64,000 nucleotides of DNA, taken from the NCBI GenBank assembly GCA_002633005.1, contig NMRA01000024.1, positions 831,786-895,785 on the forward strand, read 5' to 3'. Under the pieces are notes generated by a model. That model saw only the letters and a list, made by a program, of their open reading frames with translations. It ran no database searches and had not been told where the DNA came from. Of this stretch, positions 1 through 11,770 are shown one piece after another. This DNA is from Phoronis australis. Lineage: Eukaryota > Animalia > Phoronida. Both the position numbers and the translations under genes were made by a program. How positions within the stretch are numbered: position 1 is the stretch's first letter; every line of letters begins with the position of its first letter.

Positions 1-545
1 AATATTTTTGGTTCCTGTCATCAACGTCTATTCTCAAACTAATGCAGTGTTTGGTTGGGGCATGTGACATCACAGTGAGCGACGGTGAATCTGATTGGTT
101 GATTAGGTCTTAATCTACAGTGGTGCGAAATGTAAACCACTCAGGCTACCTGTGTCTCGTTGGTTTTCAAATCTGCCATGTTTGCCTGACAGTTTTGGTC
201 ACATGATCTATTGCATCACAGACATGACTAGGGTGAAATCTCACAAACATCAGACAAAAAAAATGACTAAATTGGTATTTTTCCATTTTCAAAAGCTTTT
301 AACATTGTTGTGAATGCCTACAATTTTTTAGAATTGTTGCCAGGTAGTAGCTATGGTATAGATCTTAAATGTGATGTAGCATTTATTTGGTGTTGCTAAT
401 CTCTTATGAAAAAATTTTAAAATGAAATTTCACTTATCGATCATATTGTGTCCTAAATTGATGAGGTCTTACCGTAGCTGTCGTATATCATAATGAAAAT
501 TGTGTTGAGCACTCCCCCTGTTATTTGAATGTTATTTTTTGCTAG

Positions 546-730
546 ATTAGGGACTGCCATCCCACTGCTCCAGCGACAGCTAGAGTTGTTACCAGAACAA
601 CAAAACATCAGTATAGCGTTCCCTGATGATGGCGCCTACAAACGGTTCTCAAGTATGTTCAGTGCCCGTTCTACTATTATCTGTGCCAAGATTCGCCATG
701 GAGACACAAGAATTGTCAAAGTTAAAGATG
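546..730 (+). CDS. Class II ribose-phosphate pyrophosphokinase (plant PRS3/PRS4-like), internal exon; earlier exons lie outside the window
   Basis: Acceptor ttttttgctag, donor G|gtaag. Encodes LGTAIPLLQRQLELLPEQQNISIAFPDDGAYKRF...IICAKIRHGDTRIVKVKD, matching the class II PRS signature IAFPDDGAxKRF. Confidence 0.9.
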
Positions 731-1913
731 GTAAGAGGAAACAAGTGCTGCTGGTTCCCTGTGTGACATCATGCTTTAGATAGCTCACAGGGCCCTCGTT
801 CACCTGAGGGGAAGTTACCTGTGCCTTCTGAGAGGGGATTTTTTGGGGTGAGGGGAAAATTTTATTCACCCCCCATCGCTGGCCCTCATAGGCACTGCCT
901 CATAAAGTCAATACTAACATTTTGTGCTGCTCTGAATTGTCCCGTGCAAGTTGCAAGTGAGTCAAACCTCAAGGGAATTTTTTTAATCACTTGAATGTTT
1001 GGGCCTCATGACAGGAATTTCACATGATTTTTAAATATTTTTCGATAACCAGGCCCCAAAATGGAGGGATCAAGGGTCTTGGTTCAAACAGTAAAATCTC
1101 ACCAGTATGGTGGGCATGTGAAATTTTATTTTCTAATTTCTCCATGAATTTAATGTTTAGCACTAAAAATGATGCTTTGCGATATATAAATTCTGCATCA
1201 TAGCTGTCAACTGGCCATATTTTTAAAAGTTGTGGCCATTCACACCAATGTTAGAAAAATGCTGTTTGGGCATTTATTACTGTCCAAATTAGATGGAACT
1301 TGTAACTGTACTTTGGTTAAAAAATAGTCTATCTTTCTATGCGACACTTACTTTTGTTTTGTAAAGCTAGATGTCCAGATTGTAACGTGACCATAAAGAG
1401 ACAATTTAATGTTAGTGAAATTAAAGGTTAGTTTGGGAGCGGGTCTATAACCAGAAGGGTTTGATTGTGGACAAATAAATGGATTTTTGGGTTTTTTACA
1501 GCAATGCGAAGGTGACTAGTAGGTTGGAGTGCATCCTTTGGATCTAGGTTTGGCTGTAAAAATGCAAAATCAAATACTTTTTTCATCATCATTGACCTTC
1601 TAGTAGTTTTTCAAGTTAATGAATGCAGAGCATTTATCCAGGCTCTCATTTCGTAATCTGTTTGTCAATGTTGTCTAGCATTGCTGTATATTTGACAAAT
1701 CCCCCAGTCGTTTTTCAAAAGCTGCGAACAATTACAGCACCAAAGTTGTTATTTGGGTTGTTTTAAACATCTACTATCTCAAGTCCAATTCTTGGGTTCT
1801 TGCAATGGTCAATTATGCAGGAACACTGGATTTAGGGACCAGATTGATGCTCGTTGTCCTCTAAATGCAAGACCCATGTGACTATCACCCCTTTCTTTTT
1901 GCCATTGTTACAG

Positions 1914-1990
1914 GAGACCCAAAGAACCAGCATGTTGTAATAGTAGATGATCTGGTCCAGACTGGAGGAACATTGTTAAAGTGTGCTGAG
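1914..1990 (+). CDS. Class II PRPP synthetase exon carrying the PRPP-binding loop
   Basis: Acceptor ttgttacag, donor GAG|gtatgg. Phase 1 to 0 fits both neighbours. Encodes GDPKNQHVVIVDDLVQTGGTLLKCAE (type I PRTase motif VVIVDDxxxTGGT). Absent from the ORF track. Confidence 0.93.
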
Positions 1991-2389
1991 GTATGGTGTT
2001 CATGAACCACTGTATACTTTTGTGTTATTTATTTAATGAATAGGATATGAACCGTTATTGGCTTTTGTCATGCACAAGCCATGGCGACCTATAGATCTTT
2101 CTACGCGCCATTCAGGGACTGCCATTTTAAAGCTGCCATTCAGTGATTACCCGGCCTGTCTCCATTGTGTTAATCAATCATGCAAAAGAGGAACAATTCA
2201 AAAACAATTCCTAAAAAAATTTTGAAGAGCAGTGCATAAAGCGTAGTATCCTGAAGTTTCGTGTGAATCTGAAATAAATGTTCCGAGGCTGACCAAATTT
2301 GAACATCTTTCTACATAACTTTAAGTCCACCTTTCTTTTAAAATTGGTGTCATTATCTTGTAGAGTCGAAAGTTATTACAATTTTGCAG

Positions 2390-2620
2390 GCCCTAATGGC
2401 CCGTGGTGCCAAAGCAGTTAGCGCCTACGTCACCCATGCTGTGTTCCCGAAGAATTCTTGGCAGAAATTCGTCAACTCAACGCCAAAGTTCGAGTCGTTT
2501 TGGATCACGGACTCTGTTCCTCATGCTTATGATATTGTCAAGCATGAGCCATTCAAACTGTTGTCCCTCAGCAATATTATAGCTGAGGACTTGCTTGGAT
2601 ATGATCTCAGTTTACAATGA
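2390..2620 (+). CDS. Class II PRPP synthetase, last coding exon
   Basis: Acceptor attttgcag. Encodes ALMARGAKAVSAYVTHAVFPKNSWQKF...FWITDSVP...PFKLLSLSNIIAEDLLGYDLSLQ*, with the SAYVTH and FWITDS motifs typical of PRS4-like enzymes. Confidence 0.92.
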   Translation, partial: ALMARGAKAVSAYVTHAVFPKNSWQKFVNSTPKFESFWITDSVPHAYDIVKHEPFKLLSLSNIIAEDLLGYDLSLQ

Positions 2621-2664
2621 AGTTGTATGTTGCTGTGGACCTGGGGCCCATTATGTCAAAAGTC

Positions 2665-2865
2665 GTGTGCTCTGCAGTAGCTAAGACAGTCATAAGCGCA
2701 TTGCTCAGAATACAATACTTATGTATTCAGGTGTGCTCTGCAGTAGCTAAGACAGTCATAAGCGCATTGCTCAGAATACAATACTTATGTATTCAGGTGT
2801 GCTCTGCAGTAGCTAAGACAGTCATAAGCGCATTGCTCAGAATACAATACTTATGTATTCAGGTG
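2665..2865 (+). repeat. Three identical 66-bp tandem units in the PRS 3'UTR
   Basis: Unit gtgtgctctg...tatgtattcag at 2665, 2731 and 2797. Each unit has a 7-bp hairpin GAATACA-atactta-TGTATTC. Confidence 0.95.
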
Positions 2866-5565
2866 CAATGACGGCCTTCACAAGCCACTGAACGGAGTAC
2901 ACATTTAACTCAAAGCCATGCGTCTGACCTTTGATAAAGTGTTGCACTGTTGAACAGAACACATTCGGCACAATTTTTATTGGAATCTGCAACTTACGTT
3001 AGATTCTTGTAAACTCTTATAGCGTGAAATATCAAACCTTTTTTTTGGATTTGTATAGGTTTCGTTTGAAATTATTTTTTGATGAAATTTACCCTATTGC
3101 AGGAATTTAGATTGATATGCAGTGTTGTTTCTGGCCGAGTATGTGTTGTTATGGTATACGGTATGTGCAAAAAATGTTGAGACAAAATGACCCGGAACTC
3201 CCCATCATGAGAGCTCTGCATAAATCAAATTCGTCTTCACGATGATTTGCCCTTATGATGAAGAATGAAAGGGAATTATCGGGATAGTTAAAGGTGGCCG
3301 AGTCATTCTGTTATTAGAAATTTTTCCTTGAATAGTTATTACCAGTCATTTTTGCTATTAACCGTCATGACGGGGAATAATATTTTGTGTGATTACTTTT
3401 GCCTTTGTACTGTATTTGTCTACTGTTGTGAAGTGAAACCAGGTTCTTCTCATAAATGTGCCTTTTCTAGAATTTCGGAAACAAAACAAGCCATAATCCA
3501 AATTATAAATGAATGGGAAATTAAACTGCTTAGTTTTTTCAATAGTATAGACAAATATTACAAAAGATGACATTTCTGCCTAGAAATTGAATAAACATTA
3601 TATCTGGGCAATATTTTGGGACAAGTTTTAAATTATGGTAACTTATTTGATTATTGGTTGCATTAAAAACAGTATTTAATCTTGTTTTCTTCTGTTATCG
3701 TATGATTTCAGATATTGCGCCTTTGCTCAGAACCTTTATGTTTTTCTATTTGTCATCATGTGACCGTGGCTCATATTTTTATTTTACTGTAAGTCTATTT
3801 ATGCAGTTTGTTGTTACACATAGTTTTGTTTAATTGTTCACTGAAATTTGATGAAGTCTCACAAATTTAAGACACCATGTGGCAGACAAGTTAAAATTTA
3901 TTTTTCCATTTTTATTTATCCACATATGATGTGGGTGCATATTGTCATCATCTTTCTCCATACGTCAGGAATCTGCAGTACAGTATCTTTTGAACCCTTT
4001 ACAGCTTCTTTGTGAAATTCATCAGGTATGTTCCAATGATCATAACAGAGGAGGCTGCCTTTCGGTGTCCCATTTAGTTTTTTGTGTTTGCCGTTATGTA
4101 AGCCAAGTTTATCTATGGATCTTCACCGAACTTGGCAGATATGGTTGTATGAAGGAGAGGATGACACTCATCACGTACGCTACCAAGTGGCAATTTTGTA
4201 ATTTTCAGGTGGATCTGGATACTGCCATGGCCGTAGTTGCACTTTTATCTTTTGAAAAAAATTTTATGACTTCCATTTGTGATGCACACAATGGACGCTT
4301 ACTAACTCTTGTTAATGTAAACGATAAGTAACCTCAAATAAAGGCCTTATCATATGTCGGTTTTATACTATCGCTACATGTATAACAGTGCTTCGAGAAA
4401 CTGTGGGCATGTGCAAAAATGTTAACAGTCCTGGAAGAGGGGTAATTTTGTTGGGAATTATTTTTGTTTAAAATTGTTGAGATTTAACTGCATGTGTTGT
4501 GCAATTATGTAACAAGTGTTGTGCCATTTTGTACTTAACGATCAGTGGTTGTACCTGAACATGTGGTAAATAATACAGCCGGTCCAGGGACAGGCATTTT
4601 GTAACACAACTGAGTTATCCTTTATTACACTTCATATTTGAAGCCGTTGTAAAACATGTTCTGGCGTTAAAAACTTTCTTCGCTGGCACATTTGCAATTC
4701 CAATGCAGTGTCATTGCATTTTAATCATTCGTTTGGATTGAAATTGGTGACCTGTATCTCCACCAACAGCCTTAATGTCTAAAACTATCCTGCTGTGACA
4801 AGTAATGTTATAGACCTATGTAAAGCAATAACGTGTTACCTCTTCTGAATCTGTAATTCATTTTTAACACAAGTTATGTGTATACAAGCAGAATATAGAC
4901 ATTCCTTGATACACACCACTTTTAATTAAAAAGGTTTAGAAGTTTCATAAAAAGTCTGTGAAATTCCAAAGGAGAACTATTTTGCACATACTTTGTCCGG
5001 TTTTTTCCTTCTTTTTCACTGTAACAAATGTGCCGCCAGATAAATTTCTGTACCTTCGTGAATTAATGCGGTCTTGTTTTAAATGCATTCTAGAAAGATT
5101 AACTTTAAACTTGAAATGGGGCACTTGTGTTCAAAAACCATGCTTTATTCATGAAATAGGGACATGTTAAACAACAGTTATCTCATAAAGGTTTTGTTAT
5201 AATCTTCCAATTCTTAGAAGCCATAAGTCATTGCAAGTGTAGTTCTGGCTTTTAAAACAAGGCTGTGGGCCTACCTTTGGAAAACTTTCCAAATATAGGC
5301 CTATAAACAGTATTTGCCCTTCACTTACACAGACCGGTGTGCAGTTTACTAGTCTTCCAAAATGTCATATTTCTTGAGGTACGTGGAGGTCCAGATGAGG
5401 GAATTTTTGTTTGTCTAACAACAAAAATTATGAAATTGAAAATCTGATCGTTTCATTGCCATGGTTAGTAATGAACAGCTATTTGCATTGTCTCTCAAAA
5501 GTAGGAAAAATTCATTAATCGTACATACTTTAATTTAGTAAATAGTTGGTTTTTAGTAATACTTG

Positions 5566-5602
5566 AAAAATAAACAAACACTGTGTTTCACAATATTTTA
5601 TT
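5566..5602 (-). terminator. Probable RBFOX polyadenylation site
   Basis: AATAAA on - at 5602-5597, CA about 15 nt downstream, then the GU/U-rich element TGTTTGTTTATTTTTC. Confidence 0.6.
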
Positions 5603-8123
5603 TCCACTGGAATTTGTACAATATTAACTCCTCTCTCAGGTCTCACAGTTTACAAAAAATAGCCAGAAACCACGGCCAGAGACTAGACGACCGTATTTGA
5701 CCGATCCAACACACAGTATGATGATAACAAACATTACACGATATGAGGCATTTCTGAGAAATTTTACACCATAATTACTCTGTTACACAAACAATATGTT
5801 GTACAGATCAATGCTGGACGTAGATAACCAGTGCGTGGTTGAATTGCTTTGTTACTCAAAATCCGAAAACCCTCTACCAACTGAATTGTCTCTATCATCC
5901 GTCATACAGTGGTTCCTGCTTTTACTACCCAACAGCTCAAAGCTCAAAATTGCTATTTTACACCGTCTTCTTACACATCACATACATTGTAATGTGTTCA
6001 TTGCAAACACATACTGGCAAGATTGATGACAAGGATCGCCAAGAACGTGCCCGTTCAGAACTGAAAGTTCACGCCCTAAGACTGTGATTTAAGCAGGGTC
6101 CCTGCATATGCGAAGGAGGTACTCGTAATACATAACAAGAACTAACACCATTTGAATAAATCTAGACAACAAACAAGAGCCTATAAAACGAGTAATATTG
6201 GAAGAAATTTGATTAAAAATTTCAACAAAATAATATATAGCATGATGCTCTTCTATTATGCAATATATAAAATCGGTTCAACTCCAGAATTCAAACAAGG
6301 AATTTGGTGGTCTATTTACATACTTAACTGCGCCCCTTGAAAATCGAAGGAGAAGGCCTTAGCACATTGCAAGACTGAGACTGAAAACCACGGATCGTAA
6401 AACAGCCTACAAAGTCACGTCAGCAATTGCTAGCATGTTGGAAAGGCAGTCAACATTCACATTTTGATTTTTGCTAACAAGTGAAATAAATATTCACCGA
6501 AGTTTGTATACGCAGTTTTATACAGCAATAACTTCCCAAGGACGTAGGACGTAAATGGGAACCTTATGCAAAACAACGAGTGAGATTAAACCATCTCAAA
6601 GAGACAAACCTAAACTTAAAGCATCGACACTCATTTTGGGAAAATATAATACACACAGGAACAACGAAAAAATTCACTGCTTTAGGTATTTTTGCCACCT
6701 TCAAAAACGACAATCGTCTTCAAATGCGTAGTAGAACATGTAAATGGATAACCAGAGTAACAATAACGTGAACAAAGAGTGATTCACTAACTGAATAACA
6801 CCAGAGAAAGGACAATTTAAAACAAGTCTTCTACTCGGTATAAGCATTTATAAATAATATCTACCTTAAAATAAGAATACTGAAGTAAGTTTCACTCAGC
6901 TACTATGTACAGTTTGTTTGCGAAAACCATATTTATAATCATGTTTGACTTCACTATTGTAATCATTGCACATATTGACAAGTGGCCATCAAATTCCCCC
7001 ACTGTTCACCCCCAGAACAAACTCCTCTATCATAACGAGACTGACTGAAAAGCACTCAGTCGTGATATTTCTAGAATACTCAGTACCAAACTAGTAACCC
7101 GAGTCAATCGCTGCAAGTCTTATATATGATTGCACAATAGGTTTGAACAGCGCTAGAATCAAGGCTCACATGAGAGCACCTTAAGTATTAATTTACTTGA
7201 TTGACCAGAATTTGTAGTTAAATTAGCATATAAAGAAAATATCACTGGCATGAGACAGTCGTTTCACTAACTTTAGCAGGTAAAGTAATCAAAACACAAA
7301 ACAGTATTTTTTAGTGAAATCGTTTAATTTTGTCACAGCGTAAAAGCCTATCGAGCAGGCACAACATGCGGCTGACTGTAGCCAAACTTGAACGCACATT
7401 TTTGAAAGGTCTGGCTTTGACGCAGGAGGAAACCTCTTTATAGGTTTATGAAAAACACAGTTACAACAGACAGTGACAGTCCTGCCACACGTAATAGAAG
7501 CCAGTGATTTTATCTTCATATCGGCACATAACGAGTGGATTGCACCATATATACTGGTAACACACTCTGGCTAAAGGCTAAATCTACACGTCAATTTCTA
7601 AATACATTACGTCGCACTTTAAATAAACTTTAGTATCAGTTGACGTCACACAATATCATAAAATAGAGCACCTTTCTTATGTCATGATAACGCTTAGTTC
7701 CTCTGGCACTCGGCAAAAAGCAACAAGGGCAAATGGGAGACTGAAAGGAGCCTCCTAACAGAACTTAACTACATCTATACCCCATCATCAAAGTCCTGAT
7801 CAACTAGAACACAGATCATGTCATACATTTTGATTGTTGAACCCATATAAAATCTAGACCAAGCTAGTTGGTCATAATCAATACTTTCACATAATTTAGA
7901 TTTCATGACAGGATTCGTGTTGAAGAAATCGCAAGAAATCATAATTCAGCTGAGATGTGCCATACGTACAAAATAGACTGTGTCAACGACAACGTCAACA
8001 GAGTGTTGAGCAGGTACAAGGAAGAACGATTAAATAATAAGTTCTTTTATATGCAAAAATATAACAAAACAGATCTTTCACAGGTGAGTATTTAAGGGGC
8101 AAGCTTGTCTGTTTTAAAGGTCT
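5582..8123 (-). other. RBFOX: RBFOX 3'UTR (~2.5 kb)
   Basis: Lies between the stop codon and the poly(A) signal. U-rich on - strand, with no recognisable transposon insertions. Confidence 0.6.
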
Positions 8124-8168
8124 TCAATAAGGTGCAAACCTCTGGTAGGCCCCTCTGTAAACTGCCGC
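8124..8168 (-). CDS. RBFOX: RBFOX last coding exon, AAVYRGAYQRFAPY* (PY-NLS)
   Basis: Acceptor cttgttttttcag. Ends in the family hallmark RFAPY. Confidence 0.95.
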   Translation of the reverse strand, partial: AAVYRGAYQRFAPY

Positions 8169-9533
8169 CTGAAAAAACAAGGTACTTTTAAAAATTAGCA
8201 ATGCAAGCATACACACTGTCACAGCAGTGCAGGACTGCATTTGATTTTAAAGGACAGAATGGTCATTCCTCCGATACCTGCGGGGAAATTTAAGGTTATG
8301 TTACATTTCCCGACAGAATTTTTGGCATATTCTTCTCAAGGAACATTTAGTACATATTTAACTGTAAAAATTCTTTGAACCAGAAGTTTGATGTGGCAAG
8401 TAACTTCCAAAAATGTAAGGGCATACGAATAAGTTGTCCTCTCACTTTTCCATTCTCAAAACCGGCTGTGCTCGAAGGCCCCAGTAAACATGGTAATTCT
8501 CCATTTTTTTGCACTCTCATTTCGCACACAAATTATTTGGAAAAACGGTGTTTTGTCCCTAAGGTAAATTCTTCCATCACCTTTGCTCATGGTCAGTATT
8601 GCACATTGGCAACAAGCAATGCAAAGCCTTATCATTAATCCTAGAAATTCACACCCTTTTTATTCTGGACACTTGTTTCATCAACTCAAATGGGTCATCT
8701 CGTGCTGCTGTAAACTTGAGGTAAAAAGTGTGACCTAGATGAGTATCGTATGACCTAGAGGCTTTTGATCAATAGAGTATTTTACTATTCGGTATAAGGA
8801 CTTTCACTAATATTGCAACAAGATGTTCCAATAAAAATTAAAATTACTGTTAATTGGGTCGTGCTGGCAACCAACAGGCTGCATTTCGTTATGCTCATAC
8901 ACAACAGTTGACAAGGTTTGGTTACTCAGTTAATTTTGCACACCCATTACCTACCATATCTCTATATTCAGATAATTTGGAACACCCTGTCAACGGGGAA
9001 AATATATTTGATATGCTTTGAGTGAAAAAAGCGATTAATTGAAGAAACAATGTGCCAATTGACTTAATCAATGATCCAAAAACAGGTAATACTACAATCA
9101 TTCACTCAATCAGACACATAGTGTCTGCATTAACACTTACAGTATGGAGAATTGACATTTCTAATAATTTTGATCAGCTGAAATTTGACTATAAAGGTTC
9201 ACAATGATTCACTAAGTAAGTAAAATATGCAAAAATAACAAAAATGTCTTCAAGAAACAACATTCCTCTTTAACATTCATTCACAACCACATTGTTTCTT
9301 CTAATGTGATTAATGATTACGGTGACATTGATTTTGAGAACACTAAGTGACTAAGTGCTTTTTGCAGGTGGTGCAGGATTCCTGACCTTTAAATAATTAC
9401 CTCCACACAGCCATTAAAAATCATTTGCTTGAAATCTGCTTTGTTTCTACATTTCATTTTTATAAACAAACTCAATGACTGATTGAACTTAAAGTATTAA
9501 TCCTTTCAAGTGTTGACATTGTGTTTTTGTGTT

Positions 9534-9670
9534 GAGGAGGCAGTGTGGTCTAGTATGATAGATGACTGCTTTCTTTACTGAGGTTTGAGTCCCACCGGGT
9601 CACACTGCTAAACCCTCGAGTCAGGTTTCTAGCTCCTCAGCTCGGTTTTAACTATATACTAATAAAGCAC
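9534..9670 (+). mobile_element. tRNA-derived SINE fragment
   Basis: GAGGCAGTGTGGTCTAGT (A box-like) and GGTTTGAGTCCC (B box-like, 9582-9593). Similar head at 37152. Confidence 0.55.
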
Positions 9671-10511
9671 AAAAATAGTTCCAGATGATCATAGCAATGG
9701 GCCCACATGCACGGCCTGCGGATGTCTGGTACAACGTCTACCAGACCGCCTGTAATTATTTTATAGCGTTTTTGTTCAGTAAATGGGTTACAGAAACATA
9801 TCACTAATGGTACTCAACTTCCTTAATGGGACATCCATAATTAATTAGGGCCAGCGAAACCCTGATTAACTTTAAAATAAATGTTAAGATTCATAATAAA
9901 TTTAGGACAGAAAACATCAAAAATAATTCTCTTCCCTTTTAAAATGAAGTATTTTTTATTTAAGGATAGACGAGACCTTACTTACAAGAGTGTGCATTTA
10001 GCTAAACACCTACTAAACTATGAATTTCACTTAAAGTATATACTTCCGAAAATAGACAGGACGTAGTTCGTTGACTTTATCGCTATCTCTCATTAATTGA
10101 ACCACATGAACATGCTCTTTTAATAAAATTCAGCAAAAATGAAAGCTACATCAATAGAAAAACAACGGTATCAGTATTAATTTGATGTAAATATTCAAGA
10201 TTTAACAAACACTCTTACAGTTATCTAAATTACAGTTTCGTTTTTGTCTTATGTAATTTTTGAAGCCCATTTTGATAGCCCCTCACGTTTAAGTGGACAG
10301 TGTTTTGACAAATAGTGCACGAAGCACAATATCCGAATAACGTAGCAGCTACTCCTGTTGAGAGAATTCATTAAACACACGGCGGCGTTGCACGTTGACG
10401 ATTCTCATACACACTCGCTCCAACTCTCTATATTTGCCATACCAGTGAGAACATCATGGCGTTGCCCCAGTATATTTCTAGGGTCTCACTTTTACTTTAA
10501 GTGTAACTCAC

Positions 10512-10584
10512 CCCGTAACCTGCAACTGGTCCTATCCCATGTCCCAGGTAGGGATCTGCTGTGTACTCCCGACCAGGAGCGTAA
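10512..10584 (-). CDS. RBFOX: RBFOX 73-nt exon (G)YAPGREYTADPYLGHGIGPVAGYG
   Basis: Acceptor cttttctacag, donor GGG|gtgagt. Homologous to the vertebrate YGRVYxADPY...YG segment. Phase 2 to 0. Confidence 0.93.
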
Positions 10585-10796
10585 CTGTAGAAAAGATAGG
10601 CAACTATGTAGTCAACGAGTTTGACCCAAACCACAATGTGGACACTTCAATACCATAGGTATTCACTGGTAAGAAAATACATTTAGGCTGCTACATGGTC
10701 ATAGAATTAAAAATGAATTGCAAAGAGAATTCAGAAAATGAACGTGATTAATGACGATGGTCATTTTCAATATCAACTATCAAAAAATTGACTTAC

Positions 10797-10838
10797 CACA
10801 AAATATTTGGCGTCGTAGCCTGGGTTGTTTGAGGCAGT
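10797..10838 (-). CDS. RBFOX: Candidate RBFOX 42-nt frame-preserving cassette exon (G)LPQTTQATTPNIL(C)
   Basis: Acceptor ttttctattcacttttgtggtttcag, donor GTG|gtaagt. Phase 2-2 and open in the required frame. Confidence 0.6.
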
Positions 10839-11694
10839 CTGAAACCACAAAAGTGAATAGAAAATTATTTTCTTGAAGTGAGATATGAAAGTGGCTCATG
10901 AAAATCCAATTTATGACTGACTGCATTGAACGCAAATATTCACTTACAAATTTCAACAGCCACAATGGATAGTTCTGACATGTCGATCAAACCATGAATT
11001 CCACCCAATCAGGTGCATGGGGAAATGTAAACACTACAATTGTCTCCAAATTTACTCCCAAAAACATTTGTTGCTAACCAAAGCAGACTGAGATGATTTT
11101 AAAGAGAAAGAAAAAGGAAAAGGGCTTGTTGAATCTAAAAACGGATGTGATGGACCTCCTGATCAGCTGAATACCCCCCGAGAATATACACCAGAATTCA
11201 GAAACCCAAGTGAAATAAAATCACATTCATGAAGTTTTGCAAATACTTTAGTTTCTGCACTTGTTTCCAATGTGAAATAAGCAAACAATTAATGTGGAAC
11301 ACAAGCGAAAGACATCACAGACTATAAAACATGGACTGCCAACTCTATACTCTCAGTGCACAGGATCTGTGATCTTGCACCCAGGCAGCGGCCAACAATA
11401 CTATAGGTTCATTATTGGTTGTGACATCACAATTCACTAGCAGCACTTAGTGTGATAGGCCTGTTTTATTTCCGACAAGTATGTCGTCTGCTCACACACA
11501 CCAGAACCTAAGAGAGTGGCACCTCCTCTGGGAATTTCACAGGAAAATCTTAGAGTTGCGAACCTGTTGTCTATGATCCAATGTGACAGCAAATGCGATT
11601 TACAGAAATGTGATCTCACCGACAACCCAAGACTTGCATTCATGTTCCCCAGACAAATTTTTCTTATCACCAGTTTTGTTACAGAATAGCTTAC

Positions 11695-11770
11695 CCACTC
11701 ATCAAATGCATGTCACCGAACTTAAGTGCAGTGCAAAACAACTGTACTGCAGGCAACCACCGGCACCTGA
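11695..11770 (-). other. RBFOX: Candidate RBFOX alternative exon: 76 nt with in-frame stop, or 72 nt open from the tandem acceptor at 11766
   Basis: Branch-like TACTAAG, acceptor ttgattttcgttcatacag(tcag), donor TGG|gtaagc. Confidence 0.4.

Noticed and set aside
2617-2871. 84-aa ORF with a 22-aa repeat; superficially array-like
   Set aside because: Product of the 66-bp tandem repeat in the 3'UTR; no spacers, so not CRISPR.
8080-8126. Stop-codon readthrough of RBFOX
   Set aside because: TGA-A context is not leaky, and an extension would bury the terminal PY-NLS.
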